DNA of 64,000 nt from Opitutales bacterium (GCA_965226885.1 CBDDEL010000011.1:32001-96000), one strand, 5' to 3'; positions 21,144-35,155 are shown, numbered from the stretch's first letter. The notes: generated by a model not told the origin, from the letters alone. Numbers and translations: made by a program.

Positions 21144-24100
21144 GTGAAAGTATTTAAGATCATCCTGGTTCTATTAGGTGCAGCGTTGATTTTTAGCGGG
21201 TGCATCGCCTTGCTGTTGTTAACCCCATGGATTCAGAAAACGGTGGCCCTGGCCGTTCTGGAGAATAAAGTTGATGGTTCGCTGGAATTGGAAAGTGTTT
21301 ATCTTCTCCCCGGAAGCCTTTCCCTAAAGGGCCTGAAATACTCGGAACAAGGCGTAGAGGTAGCTGCCGAAAAAGCCCGCATTGAATTTTCTCTGGTTCG
21401 GCTCCTGAGGGGAAAGGAGATTAAATTGTCAAAAATTGACGTATCCGGACTGAGTGTGGATGTGTCCGGCATTTTGAAAGAAAGTTCGCAAGTTTATGAC
21501 GCCCAGCCAACCATTCAAACCAGTAGGCCGGTTCCATCGGATATAATTATCAAGCCGGGCAAAGAAACTTTTGCAGGGTTATTGCCCTATACCGACATCG
21601 GTTATCGATTTTGGGTGGATAGCTTCGCGATAGATGGAAAAATCATCTTCCCGGCTTCCCGTGAAATAGAATTTTTCCTGGTGGGCAGCGATGTGAAACC
21701 CGCAGCCAGTGTTTATTTGAGCCTGACGGGTTCCTTAACCGATCAAAATCCGGGCGCGTCGATCTCAAGTATGAATTTTGATGGAGAATTAATGCTGGAG
21801 CAGAAGGCCGACTCCGGCCTGTCGAAGCTGGAAATTATAACGACAGCCTATGCCAGAGGAGCGGCATTTGAAGGGGAAATTGCCTTACGGAACGAAGTTG
21901 TTATAGAGAAAACTGAAATGGATCGAGAATCCCATCTAATGCGTATGGTATTAATCGACGCCCTGGGTGATGAAAATGTCCTCTTCGATCTGACAGATGA
22001 GTATGATCGACGGGAATCGGGTTTCAGAGGCAATTTCCAACTAAATATGTTCAGCGAGCAGTTAAAACCGTTTGCAATGGGTTTGCCTTTCCCGAGGTTT
22101 ACAGCCGTTGGTTCGGGAACTTTTGATTACTCCATAAAAGAAAGAACGGGGTCTCTGAAAACGATTATCGAGGGACAGGTGGATGAACTTGAGACACTGC
22201 GGCCTGAATTGAAGGAAATTCCTCCACTGGCGCTTCATACCGAAATCGATATTAAAAAGGACGGCAGCAGTTTTTGGATCAACAAACTGGCGGCCACCGT
22301 TAAAAATAGGAAAAATGGAAATAAGATTGCCGAACTCGCCGGCAATTCTCCTTTTCGTATTGATCCCAACGATGACAGCTTTGGGTTCGACCATGTGCGG
22401 GGAAACCTTTTGTTATTTACGCTTGATGAAGTTCCTGCAAATTGGGCCAATGGCTTTTTTAAGGATACGGATAACCTAATTTCCGGCGGCATTATGGGCG
22501 GAGAATTTGCTTTGCTCAAGGATGGGGCTAATTTCAAAATCCTTATGACGAAGCCCTTTCTTGCTTCGGGAATATCTTACGGCAAAGAGGGGAGGGATTT
22601 TCTTAAAAACATCGACGTTGTATTGGGAGGGGACTTCGGCCTAAACCTCACAGGGAAGGAATACAATTTTAATTTTAAGACCGTGGAATTGCATTCCGGC
22701 GGCGTCCAATTACTGGATGGAAACCTTGAGGCAAAACTATATCCGTATGATGATAAACCGGATAGGCTATTGATCAAGGGAAACATCTCAGCCCGTTTAA
22801 ACGAATGGCACAAACAACCTTTCGCGGAAGAAATTTCGGTTCCCTGGGCAGCGCCTCTGACTTTGGAGCAGAGTTTCCAAATGACGCTGGAAACGGATTT
22901 CATCCGCGTGGAAAACCTGATTGGAGAATTAAAGGATGATACGGGTCAAAAATTCTTTAGCGTGGAGTTGCTAAAGCCGGTTAGTTTCCAACAGCCCTGG
23001 GAACAAACATTTCCATTCGGGATGGGCGAATCGGGCGATTTGTTAAACTTAACGTTTACAAATTTTCCGATGGGTTTAATAGATCCCTACCTACCCAGCT
23101 ATCAATTGACCGGCGGACATTTTTCCGGTCAATTCATTATTGCTTCGAATCATGGAGTTATTGAAGCCAAGTCAGAGAAAACCTCATCTTTTAATAATAT
23201 CCATCTGAGTGAACGGGGGCGTCCAATTTTGAAAAATCTTTCCCTCAACCTGGATTCAAAATTGTCATTTCTGCAGAATATATTGAACATTTCCTGGAGC
23301 GGGTTGGAGGCGTACTCGGGGAACGATAATTCCATAAAAAGCAATGGCGAAATGAGCCTTGATTGGAACAGGGAATTTCCTTTGCAGAAAGCTTCCGGGG
23401 ATATTCAGATGGATATTGAGAATTTGGCGCGACAGCCCTTTTTCTCAAGATCATCGATCGCCGATTCTGGATTTGTCGTCATGAACGGAATTTTCAATTT
23501 AAAAGATCAAAATAATTTTTCAGGCCAAGTTCTAATTACGGATATAAAAGCATCGAGCATCCCTGAACATCCTATTAAAAGCGGTGAAATTTCGGTTGAG
23601 GGTAGCTTAGAGAATGATCTTATTATGATGAACGCGCCCATTTCACTGCAAGGGGTTGGTGGCAACTCGGACGCGCGTTTGGAAGTGCGACTTGAACGGC
23701 GGGAAATGGGCGCGAAGTTTTCCATTTCTGTCAAGGGGAATAGGCTTGTTCTGGCAGATGCGATCGCCTTGGCCGCTTTGTTTGACACTAGTAAAAAGGA
23801 GTCCCCTCAGCCCATAAATACTGCCGGAGCGACAAGACTTCCAGCCCCATCGAACTTATTGAGAGAATCGAATCCATTCTGGTATGGATATTCGGGTGAA
23901 GCGCGCATTGATTTCGACAAGGTGGTGTATCCCGGCATAGGCCAACTGGAAGAAGTAAAGGCGGTTTTAAACGCTGACGAACATCGATTATCCTTTGCAA
24001 CAATAAATTCAGGATCGACAAAACAACCATTAGGTATAGCAGGCAAAATAGATTTTATTACGAACCATAAAAAGCCCTATTCGCTGGAAGCCGAAGTGGA

Positions 24101-24938
24101 GGTAGCGAATTTTGACGCGGGATTATTTTTAAGTAAAAGCGATCCTCTTCATAACCCGATAGTGGAGGGAATATTCGATCTGAAGGGAACCTTAGACGGA
24201 GAGGCGGAAAATCTGCCTCGGCTACTGCAAACGGCCCAGGGTAATTTTTTCCTGGAAAGTACTTCTGGCGGCCTCTTCCGTGCACTGCCGTTGAGGGATC
24301 AAAAAGGCCAGGCGGCTTCACTTGCCCTAACTGGACTAGATATTCTCCTGGGCAATAAGGTTCGCGAGTTCAATACGGCTAATAGGGCCGTGATTTTGTT
24401 GCAGGAAATCAAATTTGATGAAATGAAAATCGCAGCGGTTCGAGGATCGGACCTGAATATAAGCCTGACGGATTTGTTTGTCCGGGGGCCGGAAATCATC
24501 CTGGCTGGCGCGGGTGGCGTGACTTACCGGGAAGGAGTGCCGTTTCTGGAGCAGCCATTAATTTTAAATGCGCAAATGGGGGCCAAAGATGAAGCCGCCT
24601 ATCTGCTCAATGAACTAGGTCTATTGATTAATTCCCAAACGGAAGAAGGATATTACCTGGGACCTTCTTTTTCTATAAGAGGAACATTGGGAAATCCCGA
24701 CAAGTCGGAATTAGATCGATTGGTGAGAAGATCTACCTTCGGATTATTGGGAGCGGGCGGCAGGAGAGTGGATTTGGAAAAACAGAGTCAAACCGAAGAT
24801 GCCACGGAGGCGGAAACGACTCCCGGCGGCGATAATTTTCAACAGAAAGAGGGAAGCTCGAAGGAGGAAGTATTCCTGAGAAGCATTTTTAAAATCATCA
24901 CCGATGGACAACAGTTCATCACCGATGGACAACAGTAA
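21144..24938 (+). CDS. AsmA-like large periplasmic beta-strand protein
   Basis: Single N-terminal TM anchor, 1264 aa of amphipathic beta strands, C-terminal FSIRGTLGNP motif. Confidence 0.7.
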   Translation: MKVFKIILVLLGAALIFSGCIALLLLTPWIQKTVALAVLENKVDGSLELESVYLLPGSLSLKGLKYSEQGVEVAAEKARIEFSLVRLLRGKEIKLSKIDVSGLSVDVSGILKESSQVYDAQPTIQTSRPVPSDIIIKPGKETFAGLLPYTDIGYRFWVDSFAIDGKIIFPASREIEFFLVGSDVKPAASVYLSLTGSLTDQNPGASISSMNFDGELMLEQKADSGLSKLEIITTAYARGAAFEGEIALRNEVVIEKTEMDRESHLMRMVLIDALGDENVLFDLTDEYDRRESGFRGNFQLNMFSEQLKPFAMGLPFPRFTAVGSGTFDYSIKERTGSLKTIIEGQVDELETLRPELKEIPPLALHTEIDIKKDGSSFWINKLAATVKNRKNGNKIAELAGNSPFRIDPNDDSFGFDHVRGNLLLFTLDEVPANWANGFFKDTDNLISGGIMGGEFALLKDGANFKILMTKPFLASGISYGKEGRDFLKNIDVVLGGDFGLNLTGKEYNFNFKTVELHSGGVQLLDGNLEAKLYPYDDKPDRLLIKGNISARLNEWHKQPFAEEISVPWAAPLTLEQSFQMTLETDFIRVENLIGELKDDTGQKFFSVELLKPVSFQQPWEQTFPFGMGESGDLLNLTFTNFPMGLIDPYLPSYQLTGGHFSGQFIIASNHGVIEAKSEKTSSFNNIHLSERGRPILKNLSLNLDSKLSFLQNILNISWSGLEAYSGNDNSIKSNGEMSLDWNREFPLQKASGDIQMDIENLARQPFFSRSSIADSGFVVMNGIFNLKDQNNFSGQVLITDIKASSIPEHPIKSGEISVEGSLENDLIMMNAPISLQGVGGNSDARLEVRLERREMGAKFSISVKGNRLVLADAIALAALFDTSKKESPQPINTAGATRLPAPSNLLRESNPFWYGYSGEARIDFDKVVYPGIGQLEEVKAVLNADEHRLSFATINSGSTKQPLGIAGKIDFITNHKKPYSLEAEVEVANFDAGLFLSKSDPLHNPIVEGIFDLKGTLDGEAENLPRLLQTAQGNFFLESTSGGLFRALPLRDQKGQAASLALTGLDILLGNKVREFNTANRAVILLQEIKFDEMKIAAVRGSDLNISLTDLFVRGPEIILAGAGGVTYREGVPFLEQPLILNAQMGAKDEAAYLLNELGLLINSQTEEGYYLGPSFSIRGTLGNPDKSELDRLVRRSTFGLLGAGGRRVDLEKQSQTEDATEAETTPGGDNFQQKEGSSKEEVFLRSIFKIITDGQQFITDGQQ

Positions 24939-24959
24939 TAGTATAGTAAAAGTCGAACG

Positions 24960-25526
24960 ATGAAAAATGAACCATTCGGCTCCGTTTTGGGGCCATTAAC
25001 CAAGCCCGCTGCCTTGCCGCCGCTCAACGCTGGTCATCCCGATAAAAATGTCTTTGATGCATTGCACAGGTTAAGCGTGAAAAGCGCATTTGAGAATAAA
25101 CCGGTGGAGGATGAATCCATGGCCCGATGCTGTATGGCGGGTCTATGGCTCCTGCATGGATATTTGGACCAATCGCATCGAATCAGTCAGCATGTGGGCA
25201 GCCCAACGGGAAGCTATTGGCATGGAATCATGCACAGAAGGGAAGGGGATTACGGCAATTCCAAATACTGGTTCCGGCGAGTTGGCAACCACGCTATTTG
25301 GGAACAGTTGGCTCAAGATATCGTTAGAATAATGAAAGAATCTGAAAAAGCCGGAATACTCGCCGTTACTTTTAAAAGTTCTGTCTGGGATCCCTATCAT
25401 TTTGTCGATTTGTGCGAGGAGTTCGCGGGAACCGGCACGGATATGGAAAAGAGATTGCAAGAGGCACAAATGCGGGAATGGGAACTGCTTTTCGCTTATT
25501 CCTATCAGGAGGCGTTGGGTATTTAA
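24960..25526 (+). CDS. Conserved hypothetical protein
   Basis: SHRISQ..SYWHGIMHRREGDYGNSKYWFRR conserved-looking motif; follows the AsmA-like gene. Confidence 0.7.
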   Translation: MKNEPFGSVLGPLTKPAALPPLNAGHPDKNVFDALHRLSVKSAFENKPVEDESMARCCMAGLWLLHGYLDQSHRISQHVGSPTGSYWHGIMHRREGDYGNSKYWFRRVGNHAIWEQLAQDIVRIMKESEKAGILAVTFKSSVWDPYHFVDLCEEFAGTGTDMEKRLQEAQMREWELLFAYSYQEALGI

Positions 25527-25802
25527 TGATTCAGTTATTACATCGGGGTAAAGTCCGAAGAAAAGTTGAAATCGGATGATAACGAGATTAAAGCCAGAGG
25601 AATTTTTCGCCGACTCCATCCACTAAAGTCTTGCACTTTTCAAGAGCCCGATATGGCCTTCGTGTTGCTTTGAAAACCGGATTTCACCTTGCTTTGCTCT
25701 GCTATTGAAAAATTAAAACAAAAAAGCCAAATTTATGGTGATAAGGGGTTGCTTTTGGCCGGTAACCCGAGGTAGTTTAGAAACTGTAGTTTCCATTTAT
25801 AA

Positions 25803-28340
<2,538 letters not shown>

Positions 28341-28429
28341 ATATCCTGGAGAACAGTTTGGGTGAATTTAATCCTCCCTGAGCTAACACCGGAACAAGCC
28401 CCTGAACGCCAGATTTTTTAAAATAAAGA

Positions 28430-30853
28430 ATGTACGATACCAAAGATAAACAGATTCCGACCAATATCACGGAAATTATGGAGACGGCTTACATCGATTA
28501 CTCGATGTCGGTCATCATCAGTCGCGCCCTGCCGGACGCACGGGATGGCCTCAAGCCGGTGCAGCGGCGCATCCTTTACGCCATGCTGCGGGAGGGGCTG
28601 CTCCATAACCGGCCTTTCGACAAATGTGCCGGGGTGGTGGGCGAGGTGCTCAAAAATTATCATCCCCACGGCGACACATCCGTTTACGACACTCTGGTCC
28701 GCATGGCTCAAAGATGGGTTTTGCGCTACCCTCTGATTATTCCGCAGGGAAACTTCGGTTCTATCGACGGCGATCCCCCGGCGGCCTACCGCTATACGGA
28801 GTGCAAACTGGCCGAATTGGCCGAAGGCATGTTGAAGAACCTCGACGAGGACACGGTCGATTTCGTTCCCAATTATAAAGAGAGCACGACCGAGCCGAGC
28901 GTTCTGCCGGCCGCTCTGCCCAATCTTTTGATGAACGGTTCCACCGGCATCGCCGTGGGCATGACGACCAATATACCTCCGCACAACCTGGGCGAGCTTA
29001 TCGATGCCACCTGCGCCATCATCGACAATCCGAACATCCCGCTGGATGAAGTTATCGAGATAGTGCCGGGTCCGGATTTTCCGACCGGCGGCGCCATCAT
29101 GGGCAACGAGGGAGTTGTCAAATACCTGCAAACCGGCAGGGGCATCTTCAAAGTCCGAGGTACCGCCCACGTTGAAGAACTCAGACAAGGGAAAGAGCAG
29201 ATCGTCATTACGGAGACACCCTACTATGTCAACCGGGCCACTCTGGTCACTAAAATTGCGGAACTGATCACCCAAAAAACCCTCAATGGAATCAGCGATT
29301 TGCGCGACGAGTCGGATGAAGCGACCCGCATCGTGCTGGAGTTAAAACGGGGCGAAGTGCCCCGCGTGACCCTGAACAAACTCTTCAAAATGACTCAGTT
29401 GGAGTCTTCCTTCGGGGCTATCCTGCTGGCGCTGGACAAACGGCGACCCAAGCAAATGAACATCAAGGAAATGCTCGTTTGCTACATCGAGCACAGACGG
29501 GAAGTTGTTTACCGAAGGACCGCTTTTCAATTGAGGAAGGCCGAAGCGAGGGCCCATATCCTGGAGGGTTACAAGATAGCCCTGACTAATCTCGACGATT
29601 TCGTGAAAATCATTCGCGCTTCTTCCAACCGCGATGACGCCCGCACCAGATTGATGGCCCGCTACCCGATTACGAAGAGGCAGGTTGACGCCATTCTCGA
29701 CCTCAGGCTCTATCAATTGACGGGTTTGGAACAGGAAAAAATCGAGAACGAATACCGCCAATTGATGGTCATTATCTCCGGTTTGCGGGAAATCCTCGAT
29801 AACGAGAAAAAACTACTTTCCGTGATCAAAAAAGAATTGCGGGAAGTGCAAGAGAAGTATTCCTCCCCCCGGAAGACCAAACTGCTGGCGGCCGAAGGCG
29901 AATTCCGCATGGAGGACATCATCGTCAACGAAGGCTGCATGATAACGGTTACCCATGCCGGTTTCATCAAGTGGACATCGGTCAGTTCCTACCGCTCGCA
30001 ACGGCGCGGCGGCAAGGGAGTCATCGGCACTGGTTCGCACGAGGAAGATTTCGTGGAGCATCTCTTTACCGCCAGCACCCACGACTACATCATGTTCTTC
30101 ATGAATAATGGGCGGGTTTATGTGGAAAAAGTTTACGATATCCCGGAGGGCTCGCGCATCTCCAAAGGCCGGGCGGTAGTCAATGTTTTGCAGATGCAAA
30201 AGGATGAAAAATTAGCCGCCATGATCTGCGTAAAGGAATTCACCGACGACCTGCACCTGGTCATGTGCACGCGCAACGGAGTGGTCAAAAAAACCAATCT
30301 CGCCGATTACAAAAACTACCGCAAGGGCGGCCTTATCGGGATTAAGATCGATGAGAACGACCAGCTCATGGCAGCCAATTTAACCAATGGCGAGGATGAT
30401 CTGGTTATCATTACACACAAAGGAATGTCCATCCGGTTCAAGGAAACGGACCTTCGAGACCAGGGCCGGGCCACACGCGGCGTGAGGGGCATAAAATTGA
30501 AGGGCAAAGACTTGGTGAAGACTTTTGAAGTGGTGAAGCCGGACGCCACCTTGCTCATCGCTGGCGAAAATGGGCAGGGCAAGCGCACGAATTTCGATCA
30601 ATACCGGGTGCAAAGCCGGGCCGGAAGCGGAATCATTGCCATTCGCAGCTCGAATGTGGCCGGCGCTTTGAGCGTGTATGAGAACGATGAAATTATGATG
30701 CTGACCCATTTGGGCCAGGCGGTGCGAAGCCCGGTCAAAGGTATTCGCGTTATCGGTCGCACCACGCAGGGGGTTCGCCTCATCAACCTGGCGCCAAAAG
30801 ACAAACTGATGGGTTTGTCCAAAGTCATCGAGGTGGATGTAGAGGAGGCCTGA
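28430..30853 (+). CDS. gyrA: DNA gyrase subunit A
   Basis: RALPDARDGLKPVQRR, YHPHGD, AAYRYTE, GyrA-box QRRGGKG. Confidence 0.98.
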   Translation: MYDTKDKQIPTNITEIMETAYIDYSMSVIISRALPDARDGLKPVQRRILYAMLREGLLHNRPFDKCAGVVGEVLKNYHPHGDTSVYDTLVRMAQRWVLRYPLIIPQGNFGSIDGDPPAAYRYTECKLAELAEGMLKNLDEDTVDFVPNYKESTTEPSVLPAALPNLLMNGSTGIAVGMTTNIPPHNLGELIDATCAIIDNPNIPLDEVIEIVPGPDFPTGGAIMGNEGVVKYLQTGRGIFKVRGTAHVEELRQGKEQIVITETPYYVNRATLVTKIAELITQKTLNGISDLRDESDEATRIVLELKRGEVPRVTLNKLFKMTQLESSFGAILLALDKRRPKQMNIKEMLVCYIEHRREVVYRRTAFQLRKAEARAHILEGYKIALTNLDDFVKIIRASSNRDDARTRLMARYPITKRQVDAILDLRLYQLTGLEQEKIENEYRQLMVIISGLREILDNEKKLLSVIKKELREVQEKYSSPRKTKLLAAEGEFRMEDIIVNEGCMITVTHAGFIKWTSVSSYRSQRRGGKGVIGTGSHEEDFVEHLFTASTHDYIMFFMNNGRVYVEKVYDIPEGSRISKGRAVVNVLQMQKDEKLAAMICVKEFTDDLHLVMCTRNGVVKKTNLADYKNYRKGGLIGIKIDENDQLMAANLTNGEDDLVIITHKGMSIRFKETDLRDQGRATRGVRGIKLKGKDLVKTFEVVKPDATLLIAGENGQGKRTNFDQYRVQSRAGSGIIAIRSSNVAGALSVYENDEIMMLTHLGQAVRSPVKGIRVIGRTTQGVRLINLAPKDKLMGLSKVIEVDVEEA

Positions 30854-30876
30854 GAATTTTAGATAGGTTCTAGTTA

Positions 30877-32693
30877 GAGGCTGTCCCAAAAGGGTGATTT
30901 TTGCGAGGGCTTTTGATAGGCGCTCATTTTAGAGGTATTTGCATTTGGGAGAGTATCAACTTTGCTCTCCTATGACGTTAGGATACTGGTTTTGGGGTCC
31001 GGTTGCCTGGTTTTCTTTGTATGAGCCGACAGTACGGCTGTGAAAAAGTATTGTCCTTGCTTTTCCGCTCTCTAGGCCGCCGCTTTGGTTTTTAGTTCGT
31101 CTTGCTGGGCCAGCATCTTGGCTACTTTCCATAGGTTGTGCGAGAGTACCGACCAGGCTACGCTGATCGAGCGGTTGGCAAAGCCTTTGCTGCGCAACCG
31201 CCCGGCCTGCCAGCGATTCTTCAATACCCCGATCCGCCCTTCGGTGCTGGCCCGGCGCTTTTGCAATTGTCTGAACAGTGGTTCCTCCATCCGTTTTTTC
31301 AACTGCTTCGGATCGCGTGGACAGAGCGCGTCGTAGATTCCCTCCTGGGCTAACTGCCGGCGGGCCCGCTGGGAGGCAAATCCCCGGTCCGCGCACATGG
31401 CCGCTATGGGTTCTTCCAGGTTGAAGCGGTTCTGTCTTTGCAAACTCTCTTGCATTTGTTCATTTTCGCTTGGAGTTCGGCTGCCGTAGAGTTTCCAGTC
31501 CAGCAGGTACCCTTCAACGCTTTCTCCCAAAAACAGGGTGTTGCCGAACTCGACCTCTTGGCCCGCTTTACCTCGCACAATCACCTGCCCATCGAGTTCG
31601 TAAACACTCAAGACTTTCTCTGCGTTTTTCACCTGGCGGCCGCCAATGATCCGCTCGTGCGCCTGTTTGATGACCACCGGGATTTGCTCGCTCATGCGCT
31701 CCATCCGGGCGAGGATCTGTTGGACCTGTTTTTCGCTGTAATCGCTTTGCTCCCAGCAGGCTTGCAATAATTCCCGGTGACTGCGGGCATGCTCCCCGAT
31801 CCGTTTGAGCAGCTTTTTCATCTGCCTCAAGATACCCTTGCGCTGCCGCGCGCTGTCCTTTCGCCGCCGGCTGTGGGTCATCTGTATGCACAGCCGATTC
31901 ATCTGCCGAGCCAAGGGCTCCGGTTCGATCGGCATGCGATGGCGCAAACCGGCCTTCTCGCGGATCAGCCGGATCGCTTTGAGCAACGTGCCGGCTACAT
32001 CCTTGAGTAATACCCAGTCCGTCGGCCAATGAATGTTAGCCTCCAAACAGGTGCCGTCGATCAGGCAAATGGTGGTGTCAATCGGCTTGTCCAATCCCAC
32101 CTGCCGGGCCAGAAGGGCATCGCCCACCACCTCAGTCAAGGTCCGGTGCAAGGCCCTCAACTGCTCTTCGCTGAAAAACTTCGAGGCCCGCTCCAGGGTG
32201 CTTTTGGAGATGCCCCTGATGCCATCGATCTGCCGGACACGGCAAAAGTCGGCCAACAGATCGCTGCTGCCCAGAGCCCGCGACAAATGCCGAAACGAAA
32301 TCCCTCCGAGCAGACGGCCCAGCGTATCCATGCGCAGTGCCTTGATGGCAAAACTGGCCCGCTGCCGCCGGGCCTTTAGACCCATTGGCGGCCACCCCTC
32401 CAAGGCCAGCTCAATGGCCTGCGATTCCACCTCCGAGTCGATCAGCAGCCGATCGATTCGATCAATGGTGGCGCGGAAGTTATCGTAATCGAGGCACCGG
32501 TCGACCACAGTTAAAGCTGGACGCAGGAGGCATTGGATGGCTATATTTTTCATAGAAAGGGCTATATTGATTTTCGCTAACTCAATTATAGAACCCTCTT
32601 TTGGCCGGATCGAGCAAAAACTTGCTCTTTCCGGCTCTTTTTATCAACGTCATCCAGTTGACTATAAAATCTTTATATTTTTGGGACAGCCTC
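30877..32693 (-). mobile_element. IS5/ISNCY-like element, copy 2
   Basis: Same IRs; TSD TAGTTA. Confidence 0.9.
31072..32553 (-). CDS. IS5/ISNCY-like DDE transposase
   Basis: Near-identical to 16433-17914. Confidence 0.88.
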   Translation of the reverse strand: MKNIAIQCLLRPALTVVDRCLDYDNFRATIDRIDRLLIDSEVESQAIELALEGWPPMGLKARRQRASFAIKALRMDTLGRLLGGISFRHLSRALGSSDLLADFCRVRQIDGIRGISKSTLERASKFFSEEQLRALHRTLTEVVGDALLARQVGLDKPIDTTICLIDGTCLEANIHWPTDWVLLKDVAGTLLKAIRLIREKAGLRHRMPIEPEPLARQMNRLCIQMTHSRRRKDSARQRKGILRQMKKLLKRIGEHARSHRELLQACWEQSDYSEKQVQQILARMERMSEQIPVVIKQAHERIIGGRQVKNAEKVLSVYELDGQVIVRGKAGQEVEFGNTLFLGESVEGYLLDWKLYGSRTPSENEQMQESLQRQNRFNLEEPIAAMCADRGFASQRARRQLAQEGIYDALCPRDPKQLKKRMEEPLFRQLQKRRASTEGRIGVLKNRWQAGRLRSKGFANRSISVAWSVLSHNLWKVAKMLAQQDELKTKAAA

Positions 32694-32696
32694 TAG

Positions 32697-33368
32697 TTAA
32701 AGATCAAAAAACTCACCCTGTGACAAAGGATCACGCCTATCTTTTTTGGGCAAACTATTGGCCATGAGCCATTCCAGGGTGATAGGCTTGAATTCGGACA
32801 ATTGTCCTAAATAGAGAAGCAGAAGAGCCGCCCCGAGGGCATCGTAAAGGGCGCAGTGGTAGCGCTTTCGATCGGGCGAGCAATGTTGATGAGCCAAATC
32901 CTGCAAATGATCTTCGAGACTGAAGGTTTGCAGCAAATCCCCCAGTTTGTGGCTCTCCAGTTGTTGAAATAAGGAAGCATAGAGAATTCGCGTGTCAATC
33001 CAGGGGCCCCAATCGGCGATCTTCTTTCCGTTGTTTAAAAAATCGGGCGAAAAGGGAGGGTAAGGCCAAACGGATTTTATGAGGCCGTTTTCTACAACTG
33101 CGTGATGCGCGGCTAAACAACCGGTATTGCGCAGCTCGGAAAAATTGGAAAAATACTCGGAAAAGGGCGCTTGCTTCCGGGTTTTGTAATTGGTGATGCC
33201 GTGAAATCGCTCTTCCCTTGAGTCCATGGGCCGGCAAGCCTGGCATAGGCTGGTGGCGGTATTGGCAATCTTACCCTCGAAAATTGAAACAACGCCAAAC
33301 TCAACCACTCCATAAGAACGAGCGCCCTCGAAATCGATAACATGAATAGGCGTCTTCGACCAAAGCAT
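32697..33368 (-). CDS. DEDDh 3'-5' exonuclease (DnaQ-like)
   Basis: VIDFE, AAHHAVVE, WIDT, HCALYDA motifs. Confidence 0.8.
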   Translation of the reverse strand: MLWSKTPIHVIDFEGARSYGVVEFGVVSIFEGKIANTATSLCQACRPMDSREERFHGITNYKTRKQAPFSEYFSNFSELRNTGCLAAHHAVVENGLIKSVWPYPPFSPDFLNNGKKIADWGPWIDTRILYASLFQQLESHKLGDLLQTFSLEDHLQDLAHQHCSPDRKRYHCALYDALGAALLLLYLGQLSEFKPITLEWLMANSLPKKDRRDPLSQGEFFDL

Positions 33369-33479
33369 GAACAATCACTTAAACAACCCAACCCGCTTTG
33401 CCCAAGCAAATTCTCCACAAGCAAAAAACCATCCTTGGCAAATAATGGAGAGCCGCTATTTTTCAAAAAAATATTAATT

Positions 33480-34244
33480 ATGAATGAGGAAATTCTTGTA
33501 AAATTTATTAAACTACTGGCCGAGGAGAGTGGGAAGGTCATAAGACCTTATTTTGGCGATCCAAAACTGGAAATCGAAACAAAAAAAGATTTCACCCCGG
33601 TGACCATTGCGGACCGAAAGTCCGAAGAGATCATGCGCGGTTTGATTAATGATCGTTTTCCCGATCACGGTATCATCGGTGAAGAATTCGGTGATGAGAT
33701 GAGCGAAGCGGAATATGTCTGGGTGCTCGATCCGATCGATGGGACCAAGCCGTTCTCCACCGGCTGCCCGCTTTTCGGAACCCTCATCGCTTTGCTCAAA
33801 GAGGGCCGGCCAATTCTCGGTGCCATCAATAACCCGGTAACCGGGCAGCTCCTGATCGGCAACAACGTGGAGACGAATTTAAACGGGATTCCGGTAAAAA
33901 TGAGGGAGATGTCCATCCTGGAAGAAGCGCGGTTGCTGACTTCGAGCCTGGAGGCGCCCGCTCAGTATCAAAACGGCGCCAACTGGGACCGCTTGGCCGA
34001 ACGGACGAAGGAACTGTTGACCTGGGGAGATTGCTTCGGATACCTCTTGCTGGCCACCGGTAGCGCCGACATAATGGTCGATCCCATCATGAATCCGTGG
34101 GATTTGATGGCTCTAATCCCAGTCATTCGTGGAGCCGGAGGTGTGATCACTGACTGGCAAGGAAACGATCCCGTGACGGGCAACTCAATCGTCGCAGCCA
34201 ACCCAATCCTGCATCCCATAGTGATCGAGATTCTGAATGCCTGA
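33480..34244 (+). CDS. hisN: Inositol monophosphatase family protein, probable histidinol-phosphatase
   Basis: PVTIADR, GIIGEEFG, WVLDPIDGT, WGDCFGY, PWDLMA. Confidence 0.8.
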   Translation: MNEEILVKFIKLLAEESGKVIRPYFGDPKLEIETKKDFTPVTIADRKSEEIMRGLINDRFPDHGIIGEEFGDEMSEAEYVWVLDPIDGTKPFSTGCPLFGTLIALLKEGRPILGAINNPVTGQLLIGNNVETNLNGIPVKMREMSILEEARLLTSSLEAPAQYQNGANWDRLAERTKELLTWGDCFGYLLLATGSADIMVDPIMNPWDLMALIPVIRGAGGVITDWQGNDPVTGNSIVAANPILHPIVIEILNA

Positions 34245-34250
34245 ATCAAG

Positions 34251-34940
34251 TCAGGAACGCTTGAAGCGTTCTTCACCTATATTACCGGTTTTGGAGATCT
34301 CGTTTTTAGGAAGATAACCACGGTTGAAAGCAATAGCAGGATAAACTAAAGACCTTTTTCCTAAAATGCTTCCTGGCTGAATTACTGTATTGCACCCCAC
34401 CTCTGCGCTATCACCTATCAAGGCACCAAACTTTATTAGGGCTGTTGGTATTTTTCCTTCCGCAGTGGCAATGTGAATTTCATCCCGATGCAATCTTAGG
34501 TTTGCCAGGATGACTCCGGCTCCGAGGTGGGCACCATTGCCCAGGATGGAATCGCCGACATAGTTGAAATGGGCGGTTTCCACGCAGTCCATAAGGAGGC
34601 AGTTTTTATATTCGGAGGAGTTTCCTATAACACAGCCCTTGCCCACAATGACATTGCCTCGAAGGTAAGCGCCGGGGCGTATTTCTGTTTCGGGGCCGAT
34701 GTAAACAGGTCCCTCTATCACACAATAGGGCGGCAGTTTGACGCTGGGGTGGATGTGAACATTTCCTTTGATGTGGACTTCGGGAGGCACATGTTCGGGT
34801 GGAGCGGTCTCTTTAAAATCAAATTCAAGGAGAGCGGTTTTTATGTCCGGCACCCATTTCCATGGGGAAGCCTCGGGTGAAAAATTTTTTTGGAAAGGAA
34901 GAAGGCTTTCCGGCAGTTCAAAGAGTTCAGAGGCTTTCAC
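34251..34940 (-). CDS. GlmU-related hexapeptide-repeat acyltransferase
   Basis: Left-handed beta-helix repeats; HFNYVGDSILG; KFGALIGD. Confidence 0.8.
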   Translation of the reverse strand: MKASELFELPESLLPFQKNFSPEASPWKWVPDIKTALLEFDFKETAPPEHVPPEVHIKGNVHIHPSVKLPPYCVIEGPVYIGPETEIRPGAYLRGNVIVGKGCVIGNSSEYKNCLLMDCVETAHFNYVGDSILGNGAHLGAGVILANLRLHRDEIHIATAEGKIPTALIKFGALIGDSAEVGCNTVIQPGSILGKRSLVYPAIAFNRGYLPKNEISKTGNIGEERFKRS

Positions 34941-34952
34941 AAAGCGGAAAAA

Positions 34953-35028
<76 letters not shown>

Positions 35029-35155
35029 TTTGAATGGAAGGAGTAAAATTTAAGGAGCCAAAAAAGTTGTCAACAGGAATTTTATTCCGGTAACCATATT
35101 TTAGTGCCAATTAATTCAGGCACGAGGATGAATTGAAATGGCGCACCCCATTATG

